A stretch of 63,408 nucleotides of DNA, filler included, from Thraustochytrium aureum (lineage: Eukaryota), in assembly GCA_012862495.1 (NCBI GenBank). It is 11 parts of 7 records of this genome, joined end to end, with 100 filler letters (N's around TTAATTAATTAA, not from the genome) between each part and the next. Parts side by side here need not be neighbours in the genome. Positions count along the whole stretch, not along the records: positions 28,455 to 45,478 come from BLSG01000283.1; positions 45,579 to 49,190 come from BLSG01000286.1; 9 more parts are not named here. One strand, given 5' to 3'. Numbering within the stretch: the first letter of the stretch is position 1; each line of letters begins with the position of its first letter. Shown here in pieces: positions 36,675 through 48,131 of the stretch. Under the pieces are notes generated by a model, which searched no databases, was not told where the DNA came from, and worked only from the letters and a program-made list of their open reading frames with translations. Both the position numbers and the translations under genes were made by a program.

Positions 36675-38149
36675 GCGCCTCCACGCAGTATCACGCACGC
36701 ACGCTACACCTGCGACCGCTCCGGCTCTGCTCCGGCGGCGTGTCCTCCTCCGCGCGCGACTCGAGGAGCGCTGCCCCGATCCGCGACTGCTGCGAGCGAG
36801 TGCGCGCGCAAGCCCTGAGCCCTGGGTTGTTTCGTGGTAGCTCTGGGCGGCCCGACGGCTTGGCGGCGCACGGACTGGGCTGTGCGCGCTCCAGAGGAGC
36901 CCCTGCGCCGCTTGCTCGCGGGCGTGCCGGCGCTGTGCGCGACGTGCACTGGCCTGGCGGGATTCCACGTGGAGAGTGACGCTTCGGAGTCACGCGTGCA
37001 CGCAAGTTGTGTCGCATGTCCGCCAGTGCGTTGCCCGACGCAGCCGGGCAGGAGACACTGGCATGATGCTGTTGCGACTTTTCCAACATCCGATGCGCCA
37101 AGCCGGAGACCGAGCCGCCCGCGCGGGAGTGGCAGCGTCGCCGAGCTCATGTTGGCGCCCACCACCTCCGTCCGCGCTGACTGGCCAAACCAGACGCTAG
37201 GGACGACGGCTTCGCGCGGTGGGTCGCGATTCTTCATCCGCACAGCCTCCTGCCCCGCTGCCATCGCCGTGGAGACCCACCGGGCCGCATCTCATCTTCA
37301 GCGTCTCGTCCCAGCATGATTGATTCACCATTTTCAAAGTTGCATTTTGGACCTTTTGGTTTGGCTTCGATCAATGAACAAATGAACATCAACCGAGCGC
37401 AACTGGGTTGGTTGGTGCCTTCACGCGCATCGCAGTGCGCATCGCCGATCAAATTTGAACGGCAACTTTTTTTTGTTGGCGAGAAAGATGAATGAAAAAA
37501 TCTNNNNNNNNNNNNNNNNNNNNNNNNNNNNNNNNNNNNNNNNNNNNNNNNNNNNNNNNNNNNNNNNNNNNNNNNNNNNNNNNNNNNNNNNNNNNNNNNN
37601 NNNNNNNNNNNNNNNNNNNNNNNNNNNNNNNNNNNNNNNNNNNNNNNNNNNNNNNNNNNNNNNNNNNNNNNNNNNNNNNNNNNNNNNNNNNNNNNNNNNN
37701 NNNNNNNNNNNNNNNNNNNNNNNNNNNNNNNNNNNNNNNNNNNNNNNNNNNNNNNNNNNNNNNNNNNNNNNNNNNNNNNNNNNNNNNNNNNNNNNNNNNN
37801 NNNNNNNNNNNNNNNNNNNNNNNNNNNNNNNNNNNNNNNNNNNNNNNNNNNNNNNNNNNNNNNNNNNNNNNNNNNNNNNNNNNNNNNNNNNNNNNNNNNN
37901 NNNNNNNNNNNNNNNNNNNNNNNNNNNNNNNNNNNNNNNNNNNNNNNNNNNNNNNNNNNNNNNNNNNNNNNNNNNNNNNNNNNNNNNNNNNNNNNNNNNN
38001 NNNNNNNNNNNNNNNNNNNNNNNNNNNNNNNNNNNNNNNNNNNNNNNNNNNNNNNNNNNNNNNNNNNNNNNNNNNNNNNNNNNNNNNNNNNNNNNNNNNN
38101 NNNNNNNNNNNNNNNNNNNNNNNNNNNNNNNNNNNNNNNNNNNNNNNNC

Positions 38150-41100
38150 TTTAACGCGATCACGGGGCTTAACGGGAGCGGCAAGTCCAACATTCTCGAC
38201 TCGATCTGCTTCGTGCTGGGCATCACACAGCTCAGCCAGGTGCGCGTGTCAAACCTCCAAGGGGCTGGTGTACAAACAGGGGCAGTCCGGGGTGACCAAA
38301 GCGAGCGTGACCATCGTCTTCGACAACTCGAACCCGAAGGCAGGCCCGGTCGGGTACGAGCACGACAAGGAGATCACCGTGACGCGGCAGGTTGCGGTGG
38401 GCGGCAGGAACAAATACCTCATCAACGGAAAGAATGCCCTTGCGCATCAAGTGCAAAACATGTTTCACTCGGTGCAGCTCAACGTGAACAACCCGCACTT
38501 CCTGATCATGCAGGGGCGCATCACCAAGGTGCTCAACATGAAGCCGCCGGAGATCCTGGGCATGATCGAGGAGGCCGCCGGGACACGCATGTTCGAGACC
38601 AAAAAGGCCGACGCCCAGAAGAAGATGGAGCAAAAGCAAGTCAAAGTCAACGAGATCGAGAAAATCCTCGCCGAAGAGATTACGCCCAAACTCGACAAAC
38701 TGCGCAGCGAAAAGCAAACCTACCTCAAGTGGGCCGCGCAAAACACCGAGCTCGAGCGCCTCCAGCGCTTTTGCATCGCGTACAACTTTATGCAGCGCGA
38801 CAACACCATCCACACCGCCAAGAAGCGCAAGGAGGCCATCGAGGCCGAACTCGAAGCCCTTGCCGCCGAGGTCGACCTCGCGCGCAGCCAGCTCGAGGAG
38901 GTCAAGGCCAAGCAAGCCGAGATGGATGGCGGCGCCATCCGCGCCATGGACAAGGAGGTCGAGGCCCTCGCCGCCAAGGAGGACGAGCTCTCCAAGGCGC
39001 TCGTCAAGCACAACTCGGTCCTCAAGAACAAGCGCGCCGCGCTGGCAAAGCTGGACGCCAAGGTTACCAAGCTTCGCGGACAGCAGGCCGCCTTTGCCGA
39101 AACCCTGCAAGCGCTCCAGGACGCCGCCGCAGCCAAGGCGCGCGTCCAAGAGCAGGCCGAGGCGACTTTCGCAGCCGCCAAGCGCGACGTCGACAACGCC
39201 AAGGTGAGCGTGCAGGCCGCCAACGCCGGGCTCGCGAGCGACAGCTCGCAGCCGGAGACGCAACAGGTGACCATGGAGGAGCGCCTCGCGAGCCTCCGCG
39301 CCCAAGCGCAGCAGGCTGCCACCACGATCAAGCAGGATGAGATGAAGATCAAGCACCTCTCAAAGGAGCTGAAGACCGTCTCGAAGCAGGCGCTTGAGGC
39401 CAAGAGCAAGGACGCCAAGAGCCGCGAGGAGCTCGACCGCCACCGTGCCACCGTGGAGCAGCTAGAGGCTCAGGTCGCCAAGCTAGGGTTTGACCCCGCC
39501 GAAGCGGCTGCGCTCCGTGACGAGCTTGACACCAAGCGCGAAGCGCTCCGCGAGGCGCGGGACAAGGCCGACGCGCTTGCGTCCAAGCTCACCGCGTTTG
39601 ACTTTACCTTTGCGGACCCGTCCCAGGGATTTGACCGATCCAAGGTTAAGGGCATGGTAGCCAAGCTCGTCTCGGTGCACGAGCCCGCCTGCTCCACCGC
39701 GCTTGAGGTGGTCGCGGGCGGCAAGCTGTACCAAGTCGTCGTTGACTCTGTCGAGACTGGAAAGGCGCTCCTGGACAAGGGCAGGCTTCAAAAGCGCGTC
39801 ACCATCATCCCGCTCGACAAGGTCTCCTCGCGCCCCATCTCGCAAGACCGCATCGAAGCGGCGGGGCGCATCGCCGCCGACAAGGGGGGCTCAGCGCGCT
39901 CGGCGCTAGAGCTCGTCGGCTACGACGTCGAGCTCTCCAAGGCGATGGAGTACGTCTTCGGTACCACGTTGGTCTGCGACTCGCTGGCCACCGCGCGCGC
40001 TGTGACCTTCAACAAGCAGGTTCAAGTCAAGAGCGTAACTCTGGAGGGCGACGCGTTCGACCCGCAAGGCACGCTCTCGGGCGGCTCGCGCCCCACCCGT
40101 GGCTCCGTGCTCGTTCAGCTCGCCAAGCTGCAAGCCGCCGAGTCCGCGGTTTCGGGGCTCGAGACCTCAATCGCTGTGATCGCCGCCAAGCTTGCCAGCA
40201 TGGAGGCCGACGCGAAAGCCTACGCCAAGGTTGACGCCAAGCTGCAGCTAGCCCGCCACGAGCTCGAGCTCGTCGAGCAGCGCGCCAAGGCCACCCCTGC
40301 GGCGCAGCTCGTGGCCCGGGAGGAGGAACTGCAGAAGGAGCTCGCGCGCTCGATGAAGAGATTGCCGACTGCCGCATCCTCGAAGCAAGCGCACAGAGCG
40401 ACGCCGCGCAACTCGAGGAGGAAATGCAAGACATGGAGGCCGCGCGAACAAAAATGGTCGCCAAGGCGCAGGACGCTCTCAAGCTCGCGCGCGCCTCACT
40501 CGAGGCCGCCGAGGCTGCCCGCGACAAGGCCCGCGACGAGGCCGAGGCCGCCTCTCTCGAAGTCGAGCAAATGCTGCAGGATCGCGAGGCCACCATGGAG
40601 GCCATCACGACTGGCGAAGAGGCGCACGGCAAGGCGGCCCGAGAGCTTGAAGAGCTCGAGGCGGAGGCCGCCGCAAGCAGCGCCGACGTCGACCAGGCAC
40701 GCCTCGCCACGGACCAGAAGCGCGAGGAGCTCGCGGAGCTCCAGGCCGAGCTCACTGCCATGTCGAAACAGGCTTCTACCTGCTCTGGCCGCATCCAGGG
40801 CGCAGAGCTCAAGATCAAGGAGCGAGAGGGTGAAATCAGCCGCATCAACAAGACCTGTAGCGACGCCGCCAAGGAAACCACTGCGCTCATGGACCGCCAC
40901 CAATGGATCGAGAGCGAGCGGCACTTTTTTCGGCAAGCCGCACACAGACTACGACTTTGAGGCCAGCAGCCCAGAGGAGGCCATGAGGCGTCTCAAGGAC
41001 CTCCAGGATGCCCAGGGCAAAATGTCGGCCAACATCAACAAAAAGGTCATGGGCATGATCGGCAAGGTCGAGCAAGAGTACGACGACCTGCACCGCAAGC

Positions 41101-41735
41101 GCGCAATCATCGAAAAGGACCGCACAACAATTGAGCGCGCCATCAGGCACCTCGAGGTCAAGAAGAACGAGGCGCTTCGCACTGCGTGGGAAAAGGTCAA
41201 CAAGGACTTTGGCTCCATCTTCTCCACGCTCCTCCCTGGCACGATGGCGAAGCTCGAGCCACCCGAGGGAATGTCTGTGGTCGAGGGCCTCGAGGTCAAG
41301 GTCGCCTTTGGCACGGTGTGGAAAAAGTCACTGACCGAGCTGTCTGGCGGCCAGCGGTCGCTGCTGGCTCTTTCGCTCATCCTCGCCCTTCTGCTCGTCC
41401 ATCCGGCGCCGCTCTACGTGCTGGACGAGATCGACGCGGCGCTCGACCTTTCGCACACCCAAAACATCGGCATGATGCTTCGCCGCTACTTTCCTCAAAG
41501 CCAGTTCATCGTCGTCAGCCTCAAGCCCAACATGTTTACCAATGCGAACGTGATCTTCAGGACCAAGTTTGTGGATGGTCTCTCCACGGTCTCGCGTCAC
41601 TGCAACAAGGCCGCGATCCAGAAGATGGTCGAGGACGAAAACCACTCGGTGGACAGCCACCCCGCAGCTTCCAAGAAGCGGACACGCGTGCCTGGGGGCC
41701 CTGTCGAACGCGACCAGAATGTGCCCGTAATCTAA
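38150..41735 (+). CDS. SMC2: Condensin subunit SMC2; 5'-partial; frameshifts near 38262, 40351 and 40928
   Basis: [39 protein letters not shown], hinge [15 protein letters not shown]...[40 protein letters not shown]. Confidence 0.97.
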
Positions 41736-42179
41736 CTCTCGTACTCGTGTACTCAAAGAACCCAAGCCCAATGCCTTTGCCCGCTCTGTCACAGGCTGCT
41801 GCATGGTGAGCATCTTGATCGCCGCGAGGCCAGATAAACTTTTGCTGGAGAGCGAGTGTGCCAGCCAGGACCACACGCGACAAGCAGCAACAACACACCG
41901 CTCTTAGAACTGGCGGCGGGCCCTTGCAATTCTCGCCACAACCAGGCAGGCACGCTGCGCGCAACCAGCCGGGCCCTTCGCTCCTGAAAANNNNNNNNNN
42001 NNNNNNNNNNNNNNNNNNNNNNNNNNNNNNNNNNNNNNNNNNNNNNNNNNNNNNNNNNNNNNNNNNNNNNNNNNNNNNNNNNNNNNNNNNNNNNNNNNNN
42101 NNNGAAGACTACATGCGTGTTTTGTGTTTGTGCGCCCACCTACAGATAGATTTGCTCGAGAGACGGAGAGCGCGCGAGG

Positions 42180-45100
42180 TCAGAGCATGTCGCTCTGATT
42201 CGCAAAGTTTTGTGTAGATTGCCTCGGAGACGGCGCAGCCGAGTTCATCGTCGCACTGCTGCTGCATTGGGCTTGCTCTTTTTCCGAGATGTTGGAGCGG
42301 AACGCTCTATTCCAGCGTCGGAACGGCAACAAGCGCGACCCGCGCGGCTTTGAGCCACCCTCGCCATGGGCGTGTGGTCCGTTGCCGGGCAAGTCACCGA
42401 GCGGCGGCCGAGGCTGCAAAGCCAAAGCAACAGGAACCCCGGCGCCCGCCATTGGCGGCGGCGGCGGCAATGTCGAATCGCCCATTTCCACGGTGATATC
42501 GTCAAAACTATCACCTTGGAGCGGCTCGGGCGTTTCGGGGCCGGATTCCACCTGCTGGAAGTTGCTAGAAGCCTCTGGGCTCGGCGCCGCCCGGATGCCG
42601 CAGGCTTCGTGAGAGGGCTGGGACTCTGGGCTCTTCAAAACCAAGTTCGTGGCTTTCTCAGCCGCGCTGAGGCCAACTCGCTCTGCGCTGCCCTGGCGGT
42701 CTGCGTCCCTGCCACCCGGTATCGCCTTGGAGAGGGCGAGAACGCTGAGATCAGGACGCGGCGCTGCTCCTGGCCTGGCGCTCGCCGCCGGTGTCCCGGA
42801 CCCCGACGCAACACTTTGGACCGAACGTGCTACAGTTTGGCGTTCCGTGCTGTTCAATCGGCGGGGGCTCTGGTGCTCGACAGACTGGAGTGGAGTCGAA
42901 GGCGAGTGCGGCTCGTTTCTGCCGTGCATGCCAACATTTGTATTCGGATGGCCTTGCTCGTTCTGCACGGTGGCCTTTTGTTGGCGCGGAGGCGATGGGT
43001 CTGGCCACGACTCGCCACCAACGCTGCTCTCTGGCGAGCCCACTTCAAGGGCGGGCGTGCTGGCTTCCCCACTCTCCAAATCACTTTGGTAGCTGTCGTC
43101 GAGGTCCGCGGGTACACTGCGGCATTCCTCGCGAAGCCTCGAGGAGTCAGCCGTCCTCGCCGACTGCGAAATGCGCGACTCTACTTGCGCCGACGCGGAT
43201 CGGATGCGGGCCAGCGAAACCGTGCTTTGCGCTTTATCGTCCCTGCGCTGCGAGTGCACTTGGTCGGCGCGCCACCAGGTCTGAAGGGCCAGCACGCACT
43301 GGTCGCGCACCTGCTGGGAATCGGCGCGAAAGGTGATGAGGCCATTCTTTGAGCTGGAAATGCGAAGGGTGCGCTTGCTGGCGTCGCTGTCCACCGCAGA
43401 GATGGCCACAATCTGCTGGCGGTCGATCGACTTGACCCCTCGCAGTTTGCCCGGCTTGCGCCAAGTGATTTTCTCTGCTGACGTTCGCACGATGCGGGGC
43501 CCTCCGCAAGTGCCCATGCCGACTTTGTGCAAAATAATTCCCTGTGCAAAGCCCGCGCCCGCCGCAGCACTGCCTTGGTGCGCGAGGCCAGCTTGGAAGT
43601 CTTGCCTGATGGTCGTCGAAGCACCGTTCAGAAGCTGGGCAAAAATGTCGAGCTGGCACTGGCGTCGAGAGTCGACGTCGAAGCGGCGCTCAAGCTCAAG
43701 AAAAAATTCGCGCCCCCGCTCCACTTGCGCCGCTTGGCCCTGCCCAGTCACCATGGTGAGCGCGTGGCGGGTCGCCCGCCGAAACAGCTGCGTAGCGACG
43801 TCAGGCCGCTCGCTCCTGCAGCTAAGGTCGACCAGGGACTCGAGCGCAGGCAGGCTCGTCGGGAGGGCGCCGACAAGCCGCGCGACCGCCTCGTCGACGA
43901 TCGTGGCCTGCAAAGAGCCAGCCCTCGGCGGCTCCGCAAACGAGATGCTCGTTGCAATCAAGGCGAAGGAAACCGACTCATTCCCTGCGATTGACTCGCA
44001 GCGCGACGCGGCGTCGTCCTCCGCCTCGCCCTCCCGTTCGCCATTGCATTGGTCCTTCGCGTTGGCCCTCCCCACTGCAATAAGGTCTTGCAGGTGAGAG
44101 TGGATGTCGTACATAACGGCGGCGTCCAGGCGCTCAGCGATGACGAGCAGCTTGAATCCGTCAGTCACGCTCGCCGGCAGCAGTCGCCGCGAAAAGGTGC
44201 CTTTCCCGTTGAACTTTTCGTGCACCAGCGGAATGAACTGGTTGACGAAGATGTCTGCGAAGACCTCGCTGAAGTTTTCGCTAAAGAGCACCTGGCCGCT
44301 CCTCGTGTCGCGCAGGAGGCCGAGATCGACGTCCATGAGCTCTTTGCTGCTTTTTTGCTCGTTCGCTTTGTCGCGCAAGACGCGGACGCGGCTCCAGGGC
44401 ACATGCATGGCCGCGTAGTGCATGCGCACGTACTCGTGGTTGTGCCACAGCACGCGGACGTTGGCGCCGAGCGAGTTTGGCCGCAGAGTGCCGTCCGCGC
44501 TCCGCGGCGACGAGCCTTTGGCCGCCTCCGCGCGCCTAGCGCTGCCCGACTCGCAAGGGCTCGAAACAGTTGCTGGGGTCTGCTTTGTGATTTCCAGCTG
44601 CGACTTTCCCGGCTTCGCTGGCGTGCTCGCACGCGTGGGCGAGTCGGAGTACGTTTTCGAGAGCACTGCCAGATGGGGCACGTGAAGCGCGCGAAATTCG
44701 TCGTCCGGCCTCGCTCTGGGCCTGTTTGCGCTTCTCCCAGCGTTCTCCTTGAGCTGGAGTTGGGAGGGCCTGGAAGCCAACAGGTCGGGTTTTTCGCGCC
44801 CTGACATGGACCGCGCTGGCCTCTCTGGCAAATTTGGGGCAGGGGAGCTGTCTCTCGCACTCGCGCTCATATTTGTCACCATAGTCGATCGCGTAGGGCG
44901 AGGGCGCACGTTGTGGGCCTCGCTTCTCGCTCGAAGCGGCGACGAGCCGGCCGGAAGCCTGCGTGTTGTGGCGAGGCGCGCCGACGGCGTTGAGGACTTG
45001 CTTTCGACGGTCTCGCCGGCCAACAATATTCGCTGCTTTTCCCTGCTGGTGGGGCTATCAGAGTAAGCAGAGCCCCACACGTTGGCGATGTCGACGGGTT

Positions 45101-45311
45101 TGAGGATGTTGTTGAGCAGCTGCGCCTCGCGTTCCTTTTCTTCCTTGATCCTAGCTGCCTCCTCCCTCGCCCTCTCCTCCGCTTCCCGAGCTAGCCTCGC
45201 AGCATTCGCCTCAGCGAGCCGCGCCTCCGCGCGCCTCTGCTCCGCCTCCGCCGCCTCTGCTGCCTGTTGCGCGAGCCGGCGCGCGGCAGCCCAGTCGGTC
45301 GCAGCTTTCAT
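42180..45311 (-). CDS. Large hypothetical protein: charged helical N-terminus, helical core, PH-like domain, disordered tail
   Basis: 1043-aa ORF. Segment GIILHK...ITWRK...I..I...TL.I...FRADSQQVRDQCVLAL (about 43280-43545) has a PH-domain pattern. Confidence 0.65.
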   Translation of the reverse strand: MKAATDWAAARRLAQQAAEAAEAEQRRAEARLAEANAARLAREAEERAREEAARIKEEKEREAQLLNNILKPVDIANVWGSAYSDSPTSREKQRILLAGETVESKSSTPSARLATTRRLPAGSSPLRARSEAHNVRPRPTRSTMVTNMSASARDSSPAPNLPERPARSMSGREKPDLLASRPSQLQLKENAGRSANRPRARPDDEFRALHVPHLAVLSKTYSDSPTRASTPAKPGKSQLEITKQTPATVSSPCESGSARRAEAAKGSSPRSADGTLRPNSLGANVRVLWHNHEYVRMHYAAMHVPWSRVRVLRDKANEQKSSKELMDVDLGLLRDTRSGQVLFSENFSEVFADIFVNQFIPLVHEKFNGKGTFSRRLLPASVTDGFKLLVIAERLDAAVMYDIHSHLQDLIAVGRANAKDQCNGEREGEAEDDAASRCESIAGNESVSFALIATSISFAEPPRAGSLQATIVDEAVARLVGALPTSLPALESLVDLSCRSERPDVATQLFRRATRHALTMVTGQGQAAQVERGREFFLELERRFDVDSRRQCQLDIFAQLLNGASTTIRQDFQAGLAHQGSAAAGAGFAQGIILHKVGMGTCGGPRIVRTSAEKITWRKPGKLRGVKSIDRQQIVAISAVDSDASKRTLRISSSKNGLITFRADSQQVRDQCVLALQTWWRADQVHSQRRDDKAQSTVSLARIRSASAQVESRISQSARTADSSRLREECRSVPADLDDSYQSDLESGEASTPALEVGSPESSVGGESWPDPSPPRQQKATVQNEQGHPNTNVGMHGRNEPHSPSTPLQSVEHQSPRRLNSTERQTVARSVQSVASGSGTPAASARPGAAPRPDLSVLALSKAIPGGRDADRQGSAERVGLSAAEKATNLVLKSPESQPSHEACGIRAAPSPEASSNFQQVESGPETPEPLQGDSFDDITVEMGDSTLPPPPPMAGAGVPVALALQPRPPLGDLPGNGPHAHGEGGSKPRGSRLLPFRRWNRAFRSNISEKEQAQCSSSATMNSAAPSPRQSTQNFANQSDML

Positions 45312-45578
45312 TCCTCCAGCCTCGGCACCTGCCGGGCGCAGCCTCTACCCGGCCAGCTCCGCCAGCCGCAGCCTCAGGGCAACGACAACGACGTGGCCGG
45401 AGGGCGGGCGATGGGGGGGGGGGCGTGAAGCGGCCAAGTCGGCGAGGAGGTCAACCAAAACGCCAGCCCGTGCGCGCTNNNNNNNNNNNNNNNNNNNNNN
45501 NNNNNNNNNNNNNNNNNNNNNNTTAATTAATTAANNNNNNNNNNNNNNNNNNNNNNNNNNNNNNNNNNNNNNNNNNNN

Positions 45579-47987
45579 GCCATCGACGAGGCCTGCACCC
45601 CCACGACGCACTACGGCCTGCTTCCGAGCGGGAGCGCGATAGACCCGCCAGGTCTGGCGGCGGTCTTGGTTTTGCTCATTGTCTTCGTGCTGTATGCGCT
45701 GAGCTACGTCGTTGAGCGGGTGATGCTGCCAGCCATTCACGTCGGCATCGCCCAGCGCGTCAAGCTCCCTGAGAGTGTGAGCGGGGCCTCGCTGCTGGCG
45801 CTCGGAGGGTGCACCGTGCCTCTTGTGGCGATCAACTTGCTGAGCCTCACGCAGGAGCCCTCCTCGCCGACGGGCGTCGCCGCGGTCCTCGGTAGCGCTG
45901 CCTTCAACCTCCTGTTCGTGCTTCCAGTCTGCTTCTTCATGAGCGACTGGAAGGTCACTCCGCTTTATTGGTGGCCGCTTGTCCGCGACCTCTCGACATA
46001 TATGATCGGCCTGGGCCTCGTGCTCGCCTTCATCTCGTTGCAGGCCGGCGACTGGGAAGCCTCCGCCGAGGTGCGCGCCGCCGAGTGCTGGCCCGGCCAA
46101 GAGGCGCTGTGCTGCTACCAGGCTCCCGACCCGCCTGAAAGCGCCGAGCGGACCTCGTTGGCCCCCTCGCAGCGAGGCGTGCTCGTCTGGTGGGAGGGCG
46201 TGGTCATCCTCGTGCTCTACGCCCTCTACCTGCTCATGCTGCTCGTCCACCACAAGCTCAAATGGGCCGCGGACAGCTTCGTGCACTGGCTAGTCCGCAA
46301 CTTTTGGTGCACTTCGTTCGAGCAGGACAAGGCCCGCAACCGCCGCTCAAAGCTCCGCCAAGAGCAGGAGAGCCACCGCGAAAAGGACCGCCATCGCACA
46401 GCCGAGCTGGACACCAAGGTGTCCTCCAAGCTCGAGCGCAAGGCGCGCCAGGCCACCTCGAGCTCCAACGCAGCGGGCCAAACCGGAGCCATACCGCCCG
46501 GAGCGGCGGCGGCGGACAACGCGGACGGCGGCAAGGCCCACGTCCTCCAGCTCGTGGCCTCGGTGGCTGCCAACCAGCCCGCGGCGGTCCACCGGGTGTC
46601 GACCATCATCGTTCTTCGCTTCCAGGGCGGCCCACAGGCCGCATTTGCCGCCCTCGGCCCCGAAGGTGGGGGCGACATTCCAGAAGCGCAGCTTATCAAC
46701 TTTATCGAGCGCAACAAGGCCGACGTGCTCGGCAAGACCTTCCTGGCCAACAACGACCTGCGCGCCATCACGGAGCGACTCGAGGCCACTGCGCGCACCT
46801 TGTTCCTCACCATGCGCGCCGCTGGCGCCAACATGGGCGGCAAAGCGGGCGGCAGGGCGGCCGTGGGCTCTGGAACCGGCCCTGTCACATATCCCGCCTT
46901 CGAGGCGTGGTACCTATTCGAGGAAGCGCGCCTCGTGCGCGAGCGCAACGCAGCTTTCGACCTACTCGACGAGACGCACAGCGGCGAGGCAAGCGTCGCC
47001 AAGCTCGGCGCCATGCTCGAGTTTCTCGGGTGCTGCCCGAGCCGCGCAGTGGTGCGAAAAAACGCGCGAGAAGCTCGAGATCAACCAGCACGGAAGCATT
47101 GGACGAAGCGAGTCGACGAGTGGTTTTCGCGCCGCAATGGCCTGGGAAAAGTCCGGCCGCCCCCAGCGGGCAGTCTTGGGGCAAACAAGGCCGCCCAGGA
47201 CGCCATGGTCAACGCTGCCGACGGCTACGAGACCGATGCTACGCAGGCCACAAAGGTCCCTACGCTTTGGGGAAACGACGACGACGGCCTCCCAGGGCTA
47301 GACCTCTGGGACCCGCCTGAAAACTCGACCCTCGGCTGCCTCCTCCACGCGCTCGGCACCCCCGTGCGCTTTTGCGTGATCATCACCACGCAGGCCTGGA
47401 GCGGCCCCGTGGAGGAGCTCTCGTTCCCGTCAGCCATGCTTTGGCTCGCGATCGCGTTGGTGTGGATCTGGTTTCTCGCATGGACGCTTCTGTGGGCCAC
47501 GGAGAGCGTCGGCCATACGGTGGGAATCCCCTGCGCCGTGCTCGGTAGCACCGTGCTGGCTATCGGGCTCAATGCGCCTCACTTTTTGTCGTCCATGCAG
47601 CGCGCGATCACCATCGACGAAGCCTCGATGCGGAGCTACAACATTGTGCGCTCGCTCGAGCACGCGATCAAGGGCAATGTCTTCGACCTCTTGTTCGGCC
47701 TGCCTTTTGCGTGGATCGTGGCCAACCTCGTCAAGCACCGCCCGATACATCTCGGCGCGTCAAACCTTGTGCCATCGATGGGCATGCTTTTGCTGCTCGT
47801 CTTTCTGAGCCTCGTGCTCTGGGTCTCGGCCAGATGGGAACTCAACCACATCGTTTGCGCTACCATGCTCGTGCTCTATGTGTTGTTTGTGCTCCAGGAC
47901 TTGCTCCTGGCTGACTGGGCCAAGCCGGTGCCTAGTTTGGTTTTGTGCGCGGCGTGTCGGCCCGAGCTGGTTTGCGCGTCGGCCTAA
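45579..47987 (+). CDS. CaCA-family, NCKX/SLC24-like cation exchanger with degenerate alpha repeats; 5'-partial
   Basis: Two TM bundles with GASLLALGG, VLGSAAFN, WWPLVRD, GHTVGIP..VLG.TVLA.G, GNVFDLLFGLP, separated by a large loop with EF-hand-like segments. Confidence 0.85.
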   Translation, partial: AIDEACTPTTHYGLLPSGSAIDPPGLAAVLVLLIVFVLYALSYVVERVMLPAIHVGIAQRVKLPESVSGASLLALGGCTVPLVAINLLSLTQEPSSPTGVAAVLGSAAFNLLFVLPVCFFMSDWKVTPLYWWPLVRDLSTYMIGLGLVLAFISLQAGDWEASAEVRAAECWPGQEALCCYQAPDPPESAERTSLAPSQRGVLVWWEGVVILVLYALYLLMLLVHHKLKWAADSFVHWLVRNFWCTSFEQDKARNRRSKLRQEQESHREKDRHRTAELDTKVSSKLERKARQATSSSNAAGQTGAIPPGAAAADNADGGKAHVLQLVASVAANQPAAVHRVSTIIVLRFQGGPQAAFAALGPEGGGDIPEAQLINFIERNKADVLGKTFLANNDLRAITERLEATARTLFLTMRAAGANMGGKAGGRAAVGSGTGPVTYPAFEAWYLFEEARLVRERNAAFDLLDETHSGEASVAKLGAMLEFLGCCPSRAVVRKNAREARDQPARKHWTKRVDEWFSRRNGLGKVRPPPAGSLGANKAAQDAMVNAADGYETDATQATKVPTLWGNDDDGLPGLDLWDPPENSTLGCLLHALGTPVRFCVIITTQAWSGPVEELSFPSAMLWLAIALVWIWFLAWTLLWATESVGHTVGIPCAVLGSTVLAIGLNAPHFLSSMQRAITIDEASMRSYNIVRSLEHAIKGNVFDLLFGLPFAWIVANLVKHRPIHLGASNLVPSMGMLLLLVFLSLVLWVSARWELNHIVCATMLVLYVLFVLQDLLLADWAKPVPSLVLCAACRPELVCASA

Positions 47988-48131
47988 AGCCAAGTGCAGG
48001 GCGCGTCATGCCAACGACGACTCTGCTCTCTAGAGCTAGCTCTAGAGAGAGTAGCGAGCTGGTAGGGTCGTTCGGCCAGAGAGGTGTTGTAGACGAGTAC
48101 GAGTACAGTATTTTGTGTATTTTTTGCGTTC

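Noticed and set aside
8830..40930. Frequent frameshifts (kinesin, ABCB, Snapin, SMC2) as programmed recoding or pseudogenes
   Set aside because: Most are +/-1 changes at short homopolymers with no shared motif, in both directions, in essential genes (two compensate in SMC2). The AAA-TAG in the kinesin lies in the downstream frame, unlike Euplotes-type shifting. Sequencing error is the simplest explanation.
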